A stretch of 63,599 nt of DNA, counting the filler, from Hausera hauseri (lineage: Eukaryota), in NCBI GenBank assembly GCA_046269625.1. It is 11 parts of 11 records of this genome, joined end to end, with 100 filler letters (N's around TTAATTAATTAA, not from the genome) between each part and the next. Parts side by side here need not be neighbours in the genome. Positions count along the whole stretch, not along the records: positions 24,447 to 29,190 come from JBJURY010452690.1; positions 29,291 to 34,657 come from JBJURY010269841.1; positions 34,758 to 38,885 come from JBJURY010744208.1; 8 more parts are not named here. One strand, 5' to 3'. The notes beneath the pieces were generated by a model. The model made no database searches. It was given only the letters and a program-made list of their open reading frames with translations, and was not told the origin of the DNA. Position numbers and translations under genes: made by a program. Position 1 is the first letter of the stretch, and every line of letters begins with the position of its first letter. Below are positions 27,073-38,838 of this stretch, piece after piece.

Positions 27073-27513
27073 TTAAATAATACTAAACTTTCCCATTTTC
27101 CACATTGGAGATTTGACGCCGCTCATTTCCTTGAATCCCTTGAACTTCAGTGTCAGGTAGCCTTTAGCTCCTTCCGGCGGCAAAACCGCCGTTTCGCCTT
27201 CACGTGAACTGACAATTTTCTTTAGATTCCCTTTCAGGAAAATGGACGATGTGTCCCAAATATCATTAGACAGCACCAAATCACTGTCAACCTTTTTAAT
27301 TGTGTCTTCCATTGAGTCCAAATCACTGTCGTTCATCTTCGGTTGTATCATTTTGACCGACTGCGACAATGCCAATTGAATAGGGGTTCGTAGATAGTGA
27401 AAGTTGTATTCATTGTACAACCCGGGATTTTCTGAGCGAATACGGGGTGTACGGAATCGTGGAACTTTCACTTGCTCGAAGGAATTGTTGTTGTTGTGGT
27501 TTACTGAAAACAT
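27073..27513 (-). CDS. Intact Polinton-associated hypothetical protein, possibly an OB-fold ssDNA-binding protein
   Basis: 146-aa ORF convergent with pPolB; its C-terminal beta-rich GYLTLKFKGFKEMSGVKSPMWKM pattern resembles viral SSBs (inference only). Confidence 0.45.
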   Translation of the reverse strand: MFSVNHNNNNSFEQVKVPRFRTPRIRSENPGLYNEYNFHYLRTPIQLALSQSVKMIQPKMNDSDLDSMEDTIKKVDSDLVLSNDIWDTSSIFLKGNLKKIVSSREGETAVLPPEGAKGYLTLKFKGFKEMSGVKSPMWKMGKFSII

Positions 27514-27767
27514 TTTTCTAATGGACAGAAATGAATTTAATTACACCTCTATATATGTGCATATATCAATTGTTTTGTTTATATTACACAAGTGTAACCA
27601 TAGATGTTTACTTTATAAAACGTAAGTCTAAGAAGAGGACACTAAAGAGTACAAATATTTATTAATGTATGACATTACAAATATTCGTCTACAACCTCAC
27701 GCATAGCAGCAGTAACATGCATTTAACGAGTGTTTAAATCATGGAACTGTTGTATAAGACTCAAAAG

Positions 27768-28248
27768 TTATTGTTTCGGTGCTTTTTCCGGTCGTTTGAT
27801 TACTGTTTCTGACTGCTTCCGTGGCGGTAGAATATCCAATAAGTCAAATTTTATGACGAACGTGTCATAATTAACCGGGAGAAGTAATTCCAATTTTGAT
27901 AGTGGAATAAATTTCGGAAATCCACTTACAATGTTGCGTTCGTCTTGTGGTTTCATGAAACATGTTGATCGTAAATCAGTTTTCAATTTATCCGAGCAGA
28001 CAACTTCACATCGTTTATTCAGCAGAGACATTTGAATCGCTGTACCAAAAGGCCGCTGCAACGTATCATCATGTTCACCTTTGACAATTGCAAAGAAAAT
28101 GATAATTGAGTACTTCGTCCAACACCATCACCATGAGATAATTTCGAATACAGAAATTGTACTGTCGGAAACTGAATGAATCACTGGTTACCGTAACACT
28201 GTTCTTTTAGTGTGTAAATTTTTCCAATGTCCAAGTGAAGGTAATCAT
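27768..28248 (-). pseudogene. Stand-alone TRAF-family MATH (TRAF-C) domain
   Basis: MITFTWTLEKF..SDSF..YNFCIRNY/HGDGVGRSTQLS/FFAIVKGEHDDTLQRPF..MSLLN..CFMKPQDERNIVSGFPKFIPLSKL..DTFVIKF. This matches TRAF2/3 GYKMCLRLYLNGDGxGRGTHLSLFFVxMxGExDxLLxWPF..SSSFxRP..MNIASGCP. Intronless, one stop and frameshifts. Confidence 0.85.
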
Positions 28249-28365
28249 AATTATGAAAATAAATGCAAATGTCAACTTTATTTATACTTTTTTTCGGTAT
28301 TGGAAAACTGACATCATCCTCATCATGTTCACATTACATCCAAGTCAGTTAAAATTGATTTTTAT

Positions 28366-28824
28366 TTATTCATAATAAACGTGTACAATTTCCGTTATAG
28401 CGCATTTACATTCTGGGCACTGGGTTACGTTGGAACATTTTTGACATAAAACGACATTCCCACACATTAGAAATGCAGTATCCACTTTTCTTTCTTTACA
28501 TTACACACGTATAAACTGAGAGTTTTGTACTTTGTTCGCTATTTTTTCTTTCATGTTTTTTAATTCACCGCCTAACCGTTCCACTGTATTAAAGTACTTT
28601 GCATCACACAATCGGTGAATGTACATTTGATTTATCGCAGAAATTAGATTTTCTATAGAGTTACAGTCTGCTGCTGCTGATTTTGTTGTCATCAATGCTA
28701 TTGACACTAAATCTTCTTTAAATCCAAAATCCGCTGCTGCTCGTACAACTAAATCACTGTTCCGATGACTCCATATTATCCAAAAATGTTTAGACTGCAT
28801 TAATGATTTCACCAGTTTTAGCAC
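28366..28824 (-). pseudogene. IAP-like UBA + C-terminal RING protein (no BIR seen)
   Basis: VVRAAADFGFKEDLV (UBA MGF-like loop), a coiled segment, then in the same frame past the 28501 stop: CKERKVDTAFLMCGNVVLCQKCSNVTQCPECKCAITEIVHVYYE*, an IAP-type C-terminal RING. Confidence 0.75.
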
Positions 28825-29290
28825 ATTTCACTCGTGCTTTTCAATTGTATTAATTCCGAAAGTGATAATTCATTAAAATTTTGCAGTTGTTTCAATTGAT
28901 CTACATTTTCTATTATTATTTACATTTAAAACCTACCTGTATTTTTAGTTTTAAACAAATCAACCAATCATTCAAATTGCGTCTGAAACATGTTTAAATA
29001 AATGAAAAACAAAATACACACGTACATATGCATTTATTTAATTGAAACAGTTTATACAAATCGCTAAACATTTTTTGTAGGCACAATGCGGTCCATGTTC
29101 ACGATATGGACACGTAATATTGTCAGGTACCATCATTATTTTAGAGTTGGTCGATGTTAAATACGTCGTCATTCGCAAGTCGGGAAATTGNNNNNNNNNN
29201 NNNNNNNNNNNNNNNNNNNNNNNNNNNNNNNNNNTTAATTAATTAANNNNNNNNNNNNNNNNNNNNNNNNNNNNNNNNNNNNNNNNNNNN

Positions 29291-29454
29291 TCTCTGATTG
29301 GTCCTCTACTCCTATTGGCTTACTTCCTTCCCCCCGATGACGTGTCCTCTTCCCATTCGCCAGTTTCACTTCCCCTCGATGACGTGTTCTCCTCCTATTG
29401 GCTTCCTTCCTGCCCTGGGGGGGGGTTGGAGAGAACTTCTCCCTTCCAACTACT
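29291..29454 (+). repeat. Polinton/Maverick right terminus (TIR end)
   Basis: GC-rich stretch with duplicated CCTATTGGCTT and CGATGACGTGT motifs, a G9 run, ending ...CCAACTACT (reverse complement AGTAGT, the typical Polinton terminal motif). Confidence 0.6.
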
Positions 29455-29533
29455 TTCCGCCAAATATGAATTCAGCTCAACGAGCTAAATATATTAGGAC
29501 TTATTGTGTTATAACCTTTATATATTACTGTCA

Positions 29534-29605
29534 TGTCCGAAAATAAGAGTCCCAATTTTGGAGAAATTTTTGTGAAATGGGACTCTTATTTTCGGATAGA
29601 GGGAG
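29534..29605. mobile_element. Stowaway/Tc1-mariner-type mini-MITE
   Basis: TCCGAAAATAAGAGTCCCA ... TGGGACTCTTATTTTCGGA inverted arms; right end GAGGGAG|TA. Confidence 0.65.
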
Positions 29606-29694
29606 TAATTTTTATTAACGTTATGTTAACAGTTATCTATTATAAATCATCGTTAATTATTGTTATAAGTTGCTTTATGTGAAAAAATCTTTAG

Positions 29695-29805
<111 letters not shown>

Positions 29806-30153
29806 TAATTAGTTATTTTAAATGATTATTATCCGAGTAGAATGGTACATAAAATGACAACGCTTTCCTTTGTGGTAATGTTGGTTTAAAATTTCATAAC
29901 ACTTGTAAATCACGCAATTATTTTCAAACAAACTGCATTGAAAATGTGAACATTTGGATTAAGAATTGTTATTCATTTACATGGCTAACAGTGGAACTAT
30001 CATTATAATAATCAACTTCTATTCATGAAAATATTCATGTACATAGATAATATCATTAGAATTTCGTATCTACAATCATAACGTACTGAGGGCGAAAATT
30101 TGAAGAATGGCGAAGCAATAAAAAATTCACATTCACTATTTTGAAGTACTATA

Positions 30154-31453
30154 CACAGTATGGCAATAAAGTTCCCCAACTTGTTTTATTATTTCACAAG
30201 GAAAAATAACACAATAATGCTAACTGCAGTGAATAAATCTAGGATGTCTTGTGCATGTCATGAAAAAATGTTATCTTTGCATCATTAGTCATGCATGAGT
30301 TAATCATAATTTCATTTATTGTGATTTTGTGTTATGTTTAGCTTGTAATATGGAACAAAAAGCAGTAATAAAATTTTGTTTTAATGTACAAAAATCGGCC
30401 ACACAAACTTTTGACATGCTGGAGGAAGCATATGAAGATAAAGCTATGTCCAGATCAAGTACTTTTGAATGGTATAAAAGATTCCAAAATGATCGAGAAT
30501 CTTTAGAGGATGATGAAAGATCTGGCGGTCCTTCAACTAATCTAGATGATATGGCGAACTCTGTGCGTGCTTTTCTTGCAGAAGACACCATTTTGACATT
30601 CCGTGAAATGAGTGAATGTTTGAAAATGAACAAGGGAAGCATTCTATTAATAATTCATGAGGATTTGAACAAACGGAAGACTTTTTCTCGGCTTGTTCCT
30701 CACTTTTCAACCATGAAACAAAAGAATCCGTGAGTGTCCTACTGCTGCGATTTGGTGGAAACAACTGACACTTCAGCGAATTTTTTGAATTCAATCGTTA
30801 CTGGTGATGCATCTTGGTGTTTCAAATACGATCCACAGACAAAGCGTCAATCATAAGCCTGGCTTAGTCATGACGAGTCACGACTACAAAGGTTCGAATA
30901 CAAAAATCGCGAGTCAAAATGATGCATATTGCTTTCTTGATGGAAAAGGAATTATGCATCATGAATTTGTTCCAGAGTGGCAAACGGTGAACGGACAGTT
31001 CCAGTAATGAAGCGTCTAATGCAGCACATCACATGTGCCAGATCTGATTTCATCCGTTCTGATGAATGGTTTTTACTTCATGATAACAGACCGGCGCACA
31101 CACCCACATATGTATTGCATTATTTAGCAAAAAAAAACAAGTTACCGTACTTAATCATCCTCTTTATTCACTAGAATTGGCACCAGCCGTTTTTTTATAT
31201 TTCCAAAGTTGAAACTCCATCTTAAATTTCGAATGTTTGATGATGTTGATGCCATTAAAACAACTGTGACAAGGGAATTAAAGGAAATTTCGGAAAACTA
31301 GTTTTCTGATAGCCTTCGGTCGGTGTAACGTCGTGAAAAGTTGTGTATGGAACGAGGAGGGGAGTATGCAGAAATTTAAGTAAATTAAGATTTCGGAATG
31401 TAATTGTTTCATGTTTCATTCACACAGACCGGGAACTTTATTGCCATACTGTG
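30154..31453 (+). mobile_element. Full-length mariner (1300 bp), defective transposase
   Basis: Perfect TIRs CACAGTATGGCAATAAAGTTCCC / GGGAACTTTATTGCCATACTGTG, TA duplication on both sides; KAVIKFCF..EWYKRF..RLVPH, IVTGDASWCFKYDP, LLHDNRPAH, YSLELAP. Confidence 0.95.
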
Positions 31454-31719
31454 TATGTAGAAATCGACTAAGAAAGTCGAATACCTAATGGATTAAAATG
31501 GGGCTTAAAAAACCGGATAGGTCGTATATATGCGATGAGAAACTCAAAGGATGCATGAGCATAGTTGTCGAGAGATTTGATGTCATACGAACCGAGACAT
31601 CAGCAAATGTACATACATGTCGTTGATAGTGAAATCCAGTACATAATCGTAGGACAGCCCTGGAGCACTCAAAAGAGCCAACAATGGAAATTTAGTACCA
31701 TGAGCTACGTTGCTATAGT

Positions 31720-34657
31720 CTCGTGGATTATGCTTTAGAGATCAGATATGCCGAAATTCCAACGAAAATCATGTTCGAACTAATATTACACACCGAGGTA
31801 ATGAAACCCCTGCCATCAATCTTATATCTACTGAAGTCTTCGGAAGATGAAACAGAGCATAGTGGAGAATCGTATATACTAGTTCCAGATGGCAGGAATG
31901 TTAGAATTTTAGCGGTGAACTGTGAAGAGAAAGAAGATATATCGTATACACTAATAAAAATCTCCATCAGAAATCTAAACGGAGAAGAAGTGATAAACAA
32001 AATAATTGCACCTAGAACTAAATTAAAAGACATTTTTCTCGATGTTACCTCAACAACAAATCACAGCTTGAAAAGGGTAAGAATTTCCTTGAAATTCAAG
32101 AGTACGTAAGCTATCGCCTTTATGGATTCATCGTTGCAGGATACAAAGTGCGTGAGACACTAGAAAAACTAGGAATCCGACAAGAACACATAAATGGAAT
32201 TTGCAAATTGAGCCGTAATCCGACAGTTATAAGCCAAACAGAGAACGTTTTAATGAAGAAGAGAGAATGTTTACTTCCCACAACTTCACAGGAATCCAAA
32301 TTCAAAATGTCAGAAGCCATGAATGGCGATTACTTCCGTTTCCCTAAGCCATTAACAGCAAGCCAGAGGACAAAACTCGTAAGAGATACTTATGTTTCTC
32401 TACGATGGAAAAATGAATGGAAGCCACGAAATCCCATGCAGAATTTGATGACCGAAAAGAATCCCAGGATTCTGAGACAGACATTTTGAAGAGGATTCAG
32501 GGAATACCCCATATATAGACAGATTGGCCCACAGAAAGATAACAATTTTCAAATCACTATTAAAACACCACCTGTCGAACTGCCAAGATAGACATAATTG
32601 AGTCAATAAAAATACGCAAGAAGTCCCATCAACCAGTCAAGATCGAATGGAACAACCAACTCCTTCTATAAGGCTGCAAATCCATAAGAATTAATATCAG
32701 TCCAGTATCATGCATACACAAATTCCCTAGCAGAAAGCAACAGAAGCTAAACCTACAAAAGTTAGAATCCGAGAAAAACAAATGCACAGAAAACAAAACT
32801 GTCGCTTTTCGAATATATAAAAAGAAAAATAACACTAGTAATAATTGTGCAGAAGGAATAAACCAACCTAGTAACAGTCTCGCACCTGATATTCAAAAGT
32901 ATCAAGCTCCAAGGTTAAACCAAAACGGCGAAGCCGAAGAACCCAACGAATAGAGAATGAAAGCCTCTTGTTATGAACCGCCGAGTAATCATCAGAAAAA
33001 GAAGTGAAGAAGTCCAGAAGGACCAAAGTAAATATTCTCTGGAAAAACTGGGAAAAACCAGAATCTACAGTAGCAATGGAGTTTGGTCAAATTAAAGAGT
33101 ATACCAGAATGTCGTCATGGAAAGATAAAGGAAACGATGTTTTATTTTTCCGCTGTCCCAAGAAGAATAGTAAGCGAAAACGGCTATGCCCTAGAAGGCA
33201 CAAAAATTTATAAGTATTTGGCCCCAATAATTCAATCAAAATGATACCAAACAACTAACTACCCCAGTGGACACTAAAGTCCCTATTCAGGTGAAGAAAC
33301 AATACAAGAAAACAGCAATACTAGATTTGGAAACAAAAAATCGTTGAGTAGACGTTCGTAATTGTATTGGACGACTCCAAGAGAAGTTTCATAGACTAAA
33401 CAGAAACAATTATATGACTATTTATAGAAGGACGAACAAGGACTTGTGTTCGAACTAAATGAAGTTGACCAGGATATTGTAGATCCAGATGGAGGTGAAA
33501 AGGAAGAGTGTCCCGTATGACGCAGACCTCTACCAAGGATTCGCGGTATTAGATAATAAGGACTTAACCAATAAATATTGTCGGAACTACTTACAAACGT
33601 GGACCCTAAAAAATGGAAAAACGACCTGTCCAGTATGCCGGGCCGAGTGTACGAGACTACTATATTTCTTCAAGGAAAAAAATAAAATATTAGAAATATG
33701 GATATAAGAGAAATCAAAAGAAAATTCAATGAGCAGCTCAAAAGGCAAAGCAGTTCTTATCAGAAAAGAGCGAGAAGATTGTGAATATCTGGCATTTTAA
33801 TTTCCTTGAATTGTGATGAAATATGTACTTTTACCGGTACCATATATTTCAAAATGAAAACAAATTTTTAAAATTTCACAAATTTAAAACAAAACTTTAA
33901 AAATTACGCACAATTGTTATTTTTTGGTGGGTCAATGTGACCACAACAAAGAACTTGCACTGACGCAGTCGGATTCGGATACGATTATTTGTCGGACGCT
34001 AGTTCGACTATTATCAAAAGGAAGGCTGCAAAAACATAAACTATACCGGTGAAGAAGAATAATATGTAGCTAAACGCTGTCAAAAGGCCACTAATATCGG
34101 ACATTGTCAAGCCCAGAAAAACAAAGTGTCGGCTGGAGCAATTAGCTTAAGCCTTAGAAGATGGGATCAATATTTAGGAGCCTATTGTTATTACGGACAG
34201 GATAAAAGGCAAGTAGCAAAAGGACTATGACCGACGGAAGCGAAGTCGGATAAACCTGAATATTAAGGTTGGAACAACTGTTGAATCAATTTAGTTGTAC
34301 GACCAAAGATATCCTGAATTCCGCGTAAATCTCGACAAGAGGTTTAAAATATAAGCAAAGCCTAGGGTAAGTGAGGATCCAAAGGAAGTCCGCCAATTGA
34401 AATCACAGCTGGCCCAAGCTCAAAAGCAGATGAAAGAAAGAGACCTTTACGTCGAAGGTTTAAAGGCGAAAGTTGAAGAGCAGGAGAAAATAATATTTAG
34501 CATGCGCAAAGGGACTGAGAAAATTACTAGGCCTGAATATGGAGCAGTGAATATGGAGCAGCCTGTAGGGAAAAAAGAAACAGAAATGAAGGATAAAGTG
34601 ATGAAAGTTGGTGGTGATGAAAGGGTAAATATGTACCACAACTGCACCATCTACTAC
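31720..34657 (+). pseudogene. Decayed accessory polyprotein: inactive DEDDh exonuclease-like domain, RING remnant, coiled coil (probable retroelement 5' region)
   Basis: ILAVNCEE..LIKISIRNLNGEEVINKIIAP / QLEKGKNFLEIQEYVSYRLYGFIVAGYKVRETLEKLGI (31900-32400); KYCRNYLQTWTLKNGKTTCPVCR (~33570-33640); coiled coil 34397-34500. Homologous to 7157-7880. Confidence 0.55.
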
Positions 34658-34757
34658 NNNNNNNNNNNNNNNNNNNNNNNNNNNNNNNNNNNNNNNNNNN
34701 NTTAATTAATTAANNNNNNNNNNNNNNNNNNNNNNNNNNNNNNNNNNNNNNNNNNNN

Positions 34758-35494
34758 AACAGCACAGCTGCATACTATTCGTTAGTCACTCCCAGGGAAT
34801 CTAATGCTCTCAACTGGGCCTCAAGACTATCATATAACTGAGCAGCAGTCTGTATTTTATCATTCTTCAAAACTAAATTCAATAGTTCACGAACATAATA
34901 TTCAATTAAAAATTCATCTTTACCAAATCTAGATTTTAAAAGCTCAATCGCTTTCTCATAGTTTTCTTTTGAAGGTGGAAACCCTTCTAATAATTTATAA
35001 GCCGGAGAATCTGGCTTCATACTTTGAAACAGATAATCAAATTTATCCTCTGGGGTAAGGCTGTCATCTTCGTGAATTTTAGAAAACTGCGCCCAAAATC
35101 CAATCCAGCCTTTAAAATCCCCATCGTATTTTTTGAGCTCAATTTTTGGTAAACGAACTTGTAATTTACGAGCGTTAACCACAACGTGATTTGTTGAAGT
35201 TTCAGGATTCTTCTCTAGATTATTTATTAGATCCCTTATCTTATAAAATTTAATGGAGTAGTCACCAGCTTTAATCATCTCATCCTCTATTTCTTCATCT
35301 GGTATATCTTTCGTGACAAGCAGCTCCGAATAAATCTTCTCATCAACAGCCTTTAATTTTTCATATTTATCTGTTAACGATGCAAATGGTACTGATATTT
35401 CAGCTCTATCTTTTATTTCCTTGCCCAAGAATTCAGTCAAATTATTACATTCTCGGGTGAAAACCGAACGTAGAATACGTCGATCCATAATCAC
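34758..35494 (-). pseudogene. gag: BEL/Pao gag, 5' part (DUF1759-type)
   Basis: VRLPKIELKKYDGDFKGWIGFWAQFSKIHED..EDKFDYLFQS..NYEKAIELLKSRFG; premature stop at 34775; starts just after the PBS. Confidence 0.9.
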
Positions 35495-35548
35495 GTTTTA
35501 CTTCTAAATCGAAACTAAAAGAAACAATTTACTTCTAATATAAACAGG

Positions 35549-35566
35549 GTCCTGTCGCGGACGCCA
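35549..35566 (-). promoter_or_regulatory. Primer-binding site, tRNA-Arg-like
   Basis: TGGCGTCCGCGACAGGAC begins 2 nt after the LTR-terminal CA and is close to the complement of the tRNA-Arg(UCG) 3' end. Confidence 0.75.
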
Positions 35567-35568
35567 GA

Positions 35569-35792
35569 TGTGGCGAACTGGTTCCAAATGAATTAATACC
35601 AATTCGAGAAAAACATAATCATATTTATTTAGCTGAAAATAATTCACAATTTAACATCGTTCTTTTTAACAGAATCTGCCGATGAGTCGTAGCTCGTTCT
35701 AAAATCAAAACATTAAGAGTGTTGCCATTCGGCGGGAAACAAATATGTGGCAATTCAGATACATGGGGAATAAATAAACAGTATTTCCAACA
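35569..35792 (-). repeat. BEL/Pao LTR (224 bp) between pol of one copy and gag of the next
   Basis: On the minus strand: PPT GGTGGGGAGAA, then TGTTGG...AATAAA...GCCACA, then the PBS. Confidence 0.85.
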
Positions 35793-35878
35793 TTCTCCCC
35801 ACCTTGCAAAATTCTAATTTTGCAATACTTACCAAAATCTTTAAAAATTGTAAAAATAAAATTTAAAAGTCACAGAGT

Positions 35879-38656
35879 CTATAAAGTCAGTTTTCTGGGA
35901 GGACGAACTTCTCTGCCTACACGAGTCTTATAAGTGGTCTTTGTACTAGGCTCGTTACGTCGTGAAGACTTCATAACTCGATTCATCTGCGGTGTTGACT
36001 TTTCTTCCCCAGGTTTCTTGAGATCAAAAGGAATTGTGGTTGATTTAGGATCCAGTTCAATCGGAAATAAACGCTGGACAGGTCTCAGTAGATATCCTGA
36101 TGATGTTTTTAATTTTGCAAGACGTACAATATCATCTTTGCCAGGAAAGAGTTCAACTACTCTAGCTAACATCCAGTCTATACGTTTCTTATCTTCAGAT
36201 CCGATTAACACGATGTCATTCACCTTCACTGATTTCGTTTGATCCCTGGGAGTGCTACGAAGAAAGCCCAAATATTCTCTTTTGAATCGACTTCTAAGTC
36301 CATCCCTAACTCGTTGTAAGTATTTCCATCTTTCTACTAAACTGAAATTTTGAATTTCATCAAGATCGGATACATCGTTATTAGTTAAACTTTGGAGAAA
36401 CATAGATGGTTGCAAAGGTGTTAAATCACTTCCATCTTCTGAAATGTATGTCAAGGGTCTGTTATTCATCAAACTTTCACATTCGCAGAGAAGCGTTAAA
36501 AACTCTTCATAATCTAAACAGGCATGGCCTAAGTTCTTTCGAAGGAGATCTTTCAATATTCTTATTAACCTCTCCCAAAAACCTCCCCACCATGACGCCG
36601 TAGGAGGATTAAATTTCCATTTCAATTTTTTCAAACTACATTTCTTCTCAATTTCAGTCCAGTCTAGTTGATTCATGGCTTTATTCAGACCAACAAAATT
36701 AGTTCCATTGTCCGAATAGATAACATCGACACGACCTCTTCTGGCAACAAATCTCCTAAGAGCTTCCAAGAATGATCCAGAGGTCAGAGAAGTAACTAAT
36801 TCCAAATGAACTGCCCTAAAAACGGCACATGTAAAAATTACAATCCAGGCCTTCTTTCTTTCCTTTAAATAAACTGGGCCTGCTAGATCTACGCCGGTAA
36901 TTTGGAATGTGTTGGACATTTTAACTCTATCTTCAGGGAGAGGAGGAAAAGGAACTTCAAAAGCCTTCGCTCTGCTTCGCTGACACGTAACACACCTTTT
37001 CACAATAGATCGTACAGTCTTTCTCCCCTGAAGAATCCAAATTCTTTCTCTAATGATCATCAAAAGCGTTTGAGTTCCAACATGATTATATTTCAGATGA
37101 AGTTGTTCGATCATTCGTTCCACAATTACATTTTTAGAAGGTAGTATTATAGGAAATGTATATTCATGTGTATCTTCATTATCCACAACTCGAGATTTCA
37201 TGCGCAAAATATCATCTTTGTCTGTAAAAATTTGAAGATTTTTCAGATCAATCTTTCTTTGCGTGTCAGTAAAAGCATCCTTTTGAATTAAGCAAAATAA
37301 ATTTTTCTCCGCCTTCTCAAACTCTTCAACTGATATATCAGGGTAATTTTTACTTCGGCGGCAAGCAGGTCTAAATCTTAACATCCAAGCAACAGTTCTT
37401 ACAATCATTGTATATTTAGAAAATCTTGAAGCAAGTTTAGTGAGGATCTCTTCACCTACTGTAGTAATTGCTGACACAACTGTACGCCGTCTCTCCTTGT
37501 TAATTTCTTCCAAGTCAGAAATAGAGTCGTTCGAAGGCCAGTTTTCGGGAGGCTCTTTCAAGAAAGTTGGACCTGTCCACCAATGAGACTTCAAAAGTTG
37601 TAATGGTGAACATCCTCTCGACAGTATATCAGCTGGATTTAGAATACTTGGAACGTGTTTCCAACATCCGGTCTTGCTGTGATCTTGTATTTCCCTTACT
37701 CTATTTTCAACAAACACGGACCAGCTATTTCTCTTTTTCAACCATGCTAAAACTACAGAAGAGTCTGACCAAAAGTATTTAGTCAGTTCTACACTCTTTA
37801 AACATTTAAGTGCCAATTGATGTAGTCTAACTCCAAGAAGTGCGGCCATCAGTTCGAGCCGAGGTAAAGTAATCTCTTTCAGAGGTGCAACTCGTGATTT
37901 AGCCAATATAAGATCTAAATATACTTCATCATTTTCCTCTGTTCTTAAAAATATGCAAGCACCATACGCAGATTTGCTGGCATCACAGAAGACGTGTAAA
38001 GAGCTTGTAGAATTAAGGTGAATTCTTCTGGGAATTCGGCAATCATTCAAATGGTGTATTTCAGCAGACCATTTTCTAAATTTTCTTTGTATCTCTTCGG
38101 GCAGCTCGTCGTCCCAGTCAGATTTCAACTTCCATGATTTCTGTAAAATGATCTTAGGAATTAAAACGGCAGGCGCAGTGAAACCCACTGGATCAAATAT
38201 TCTCTCAATACGAGAGAGCACCATGCGTCTGGTACAAGGTTCACTCAGGGGTATTATTTTACATCCAAATTCATCTGATGGGCGATACCATTGAAGACCC
38301 AAAATATTGTCTGCACATTCATTAGCATCTAGGCTACTTATCCAACCTCTAAGGTTAAATCCGGCTGAAGACATTAAAATTGTAGCTTCTTTAATAAAAC
38401 TCTCCACCTCTTTGTCATGAGATACACCAGTTAGACAATTATCCATATAAAATGTACCCTTCAGTTTTTGGAGATTTTAACTGTATGTTCAGGAGGATTT
38501 TCAATTAAGTGGTTCAAGCAAGATGAGAGTAAAAATGGACTGCTACAAACTCCGAAAACTACTCTGCAATGGCGTAATTCGATCACCTTTTCCCTTTTCC
38601 ACCACAGGAAACGAAGAAAATCTCTGTCATTGGGATCTACCTCGATCTGCAAAAAG
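35879..38656 (-). pseudogene. pol: BEL/Pao pol (RT C-part, RNase H, integrase), one frameshift near 38465, 5' truncated
   Basis: AFLQIEV..RDFLRFLW..RVVFGVCSSPFLL, FYMDNC; HVFCDASKSAYG, LPRLEL, WSDS, NPADILSRG; HLKYNH..CVTC; GVDLAGP, YSDNGTNF, WGGFWERL. The 855-aa part is open. Confidence 0.95.
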
Positions 38657-38838
38657 GTTTAGTTTGATTTGGTTTGTCGCACTACGGTCTTATGTCATCA
38701 CACATGGGATATGAAGATCGGGACCTACTGCTTAAAGTGAATTCCGAACCACTACGAACACCCATGCCTAACTGGGACTCGAACCCGGGACCTCTGGCAT
38801 TAGAAAGCAGTGCACTACCAACTACGCCATCGGTCGGC
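38657..38838 (-). mobile_element. tRNA-derived SINE (~182 bp)
   Basis: Minus strand GCCGACCGATGGCGTAGTTGGTAGTG (A box)...GGTTCGAGTCCC (B box), a non-tRNA body, and an AAACCAAATCAAACTAAAC tail abutting the BEL RT. Confidence 0.85.

Noticed and set aside
35934-37782. Plus-strand ORFs inside BEL pol (and similar antisense ORFs over pPolB, Gypsy pol and the 60-63 kb ORF)
   Set aside because: Shadow frames of recognised genes with no independent motifs.
38760-38838. Functional tRNA gene
   Set aside because: A/B boxes are present, but the sequence continues into a SINE body and simple-repeat tail rather than a clean acceptor stem and T-run terminator.
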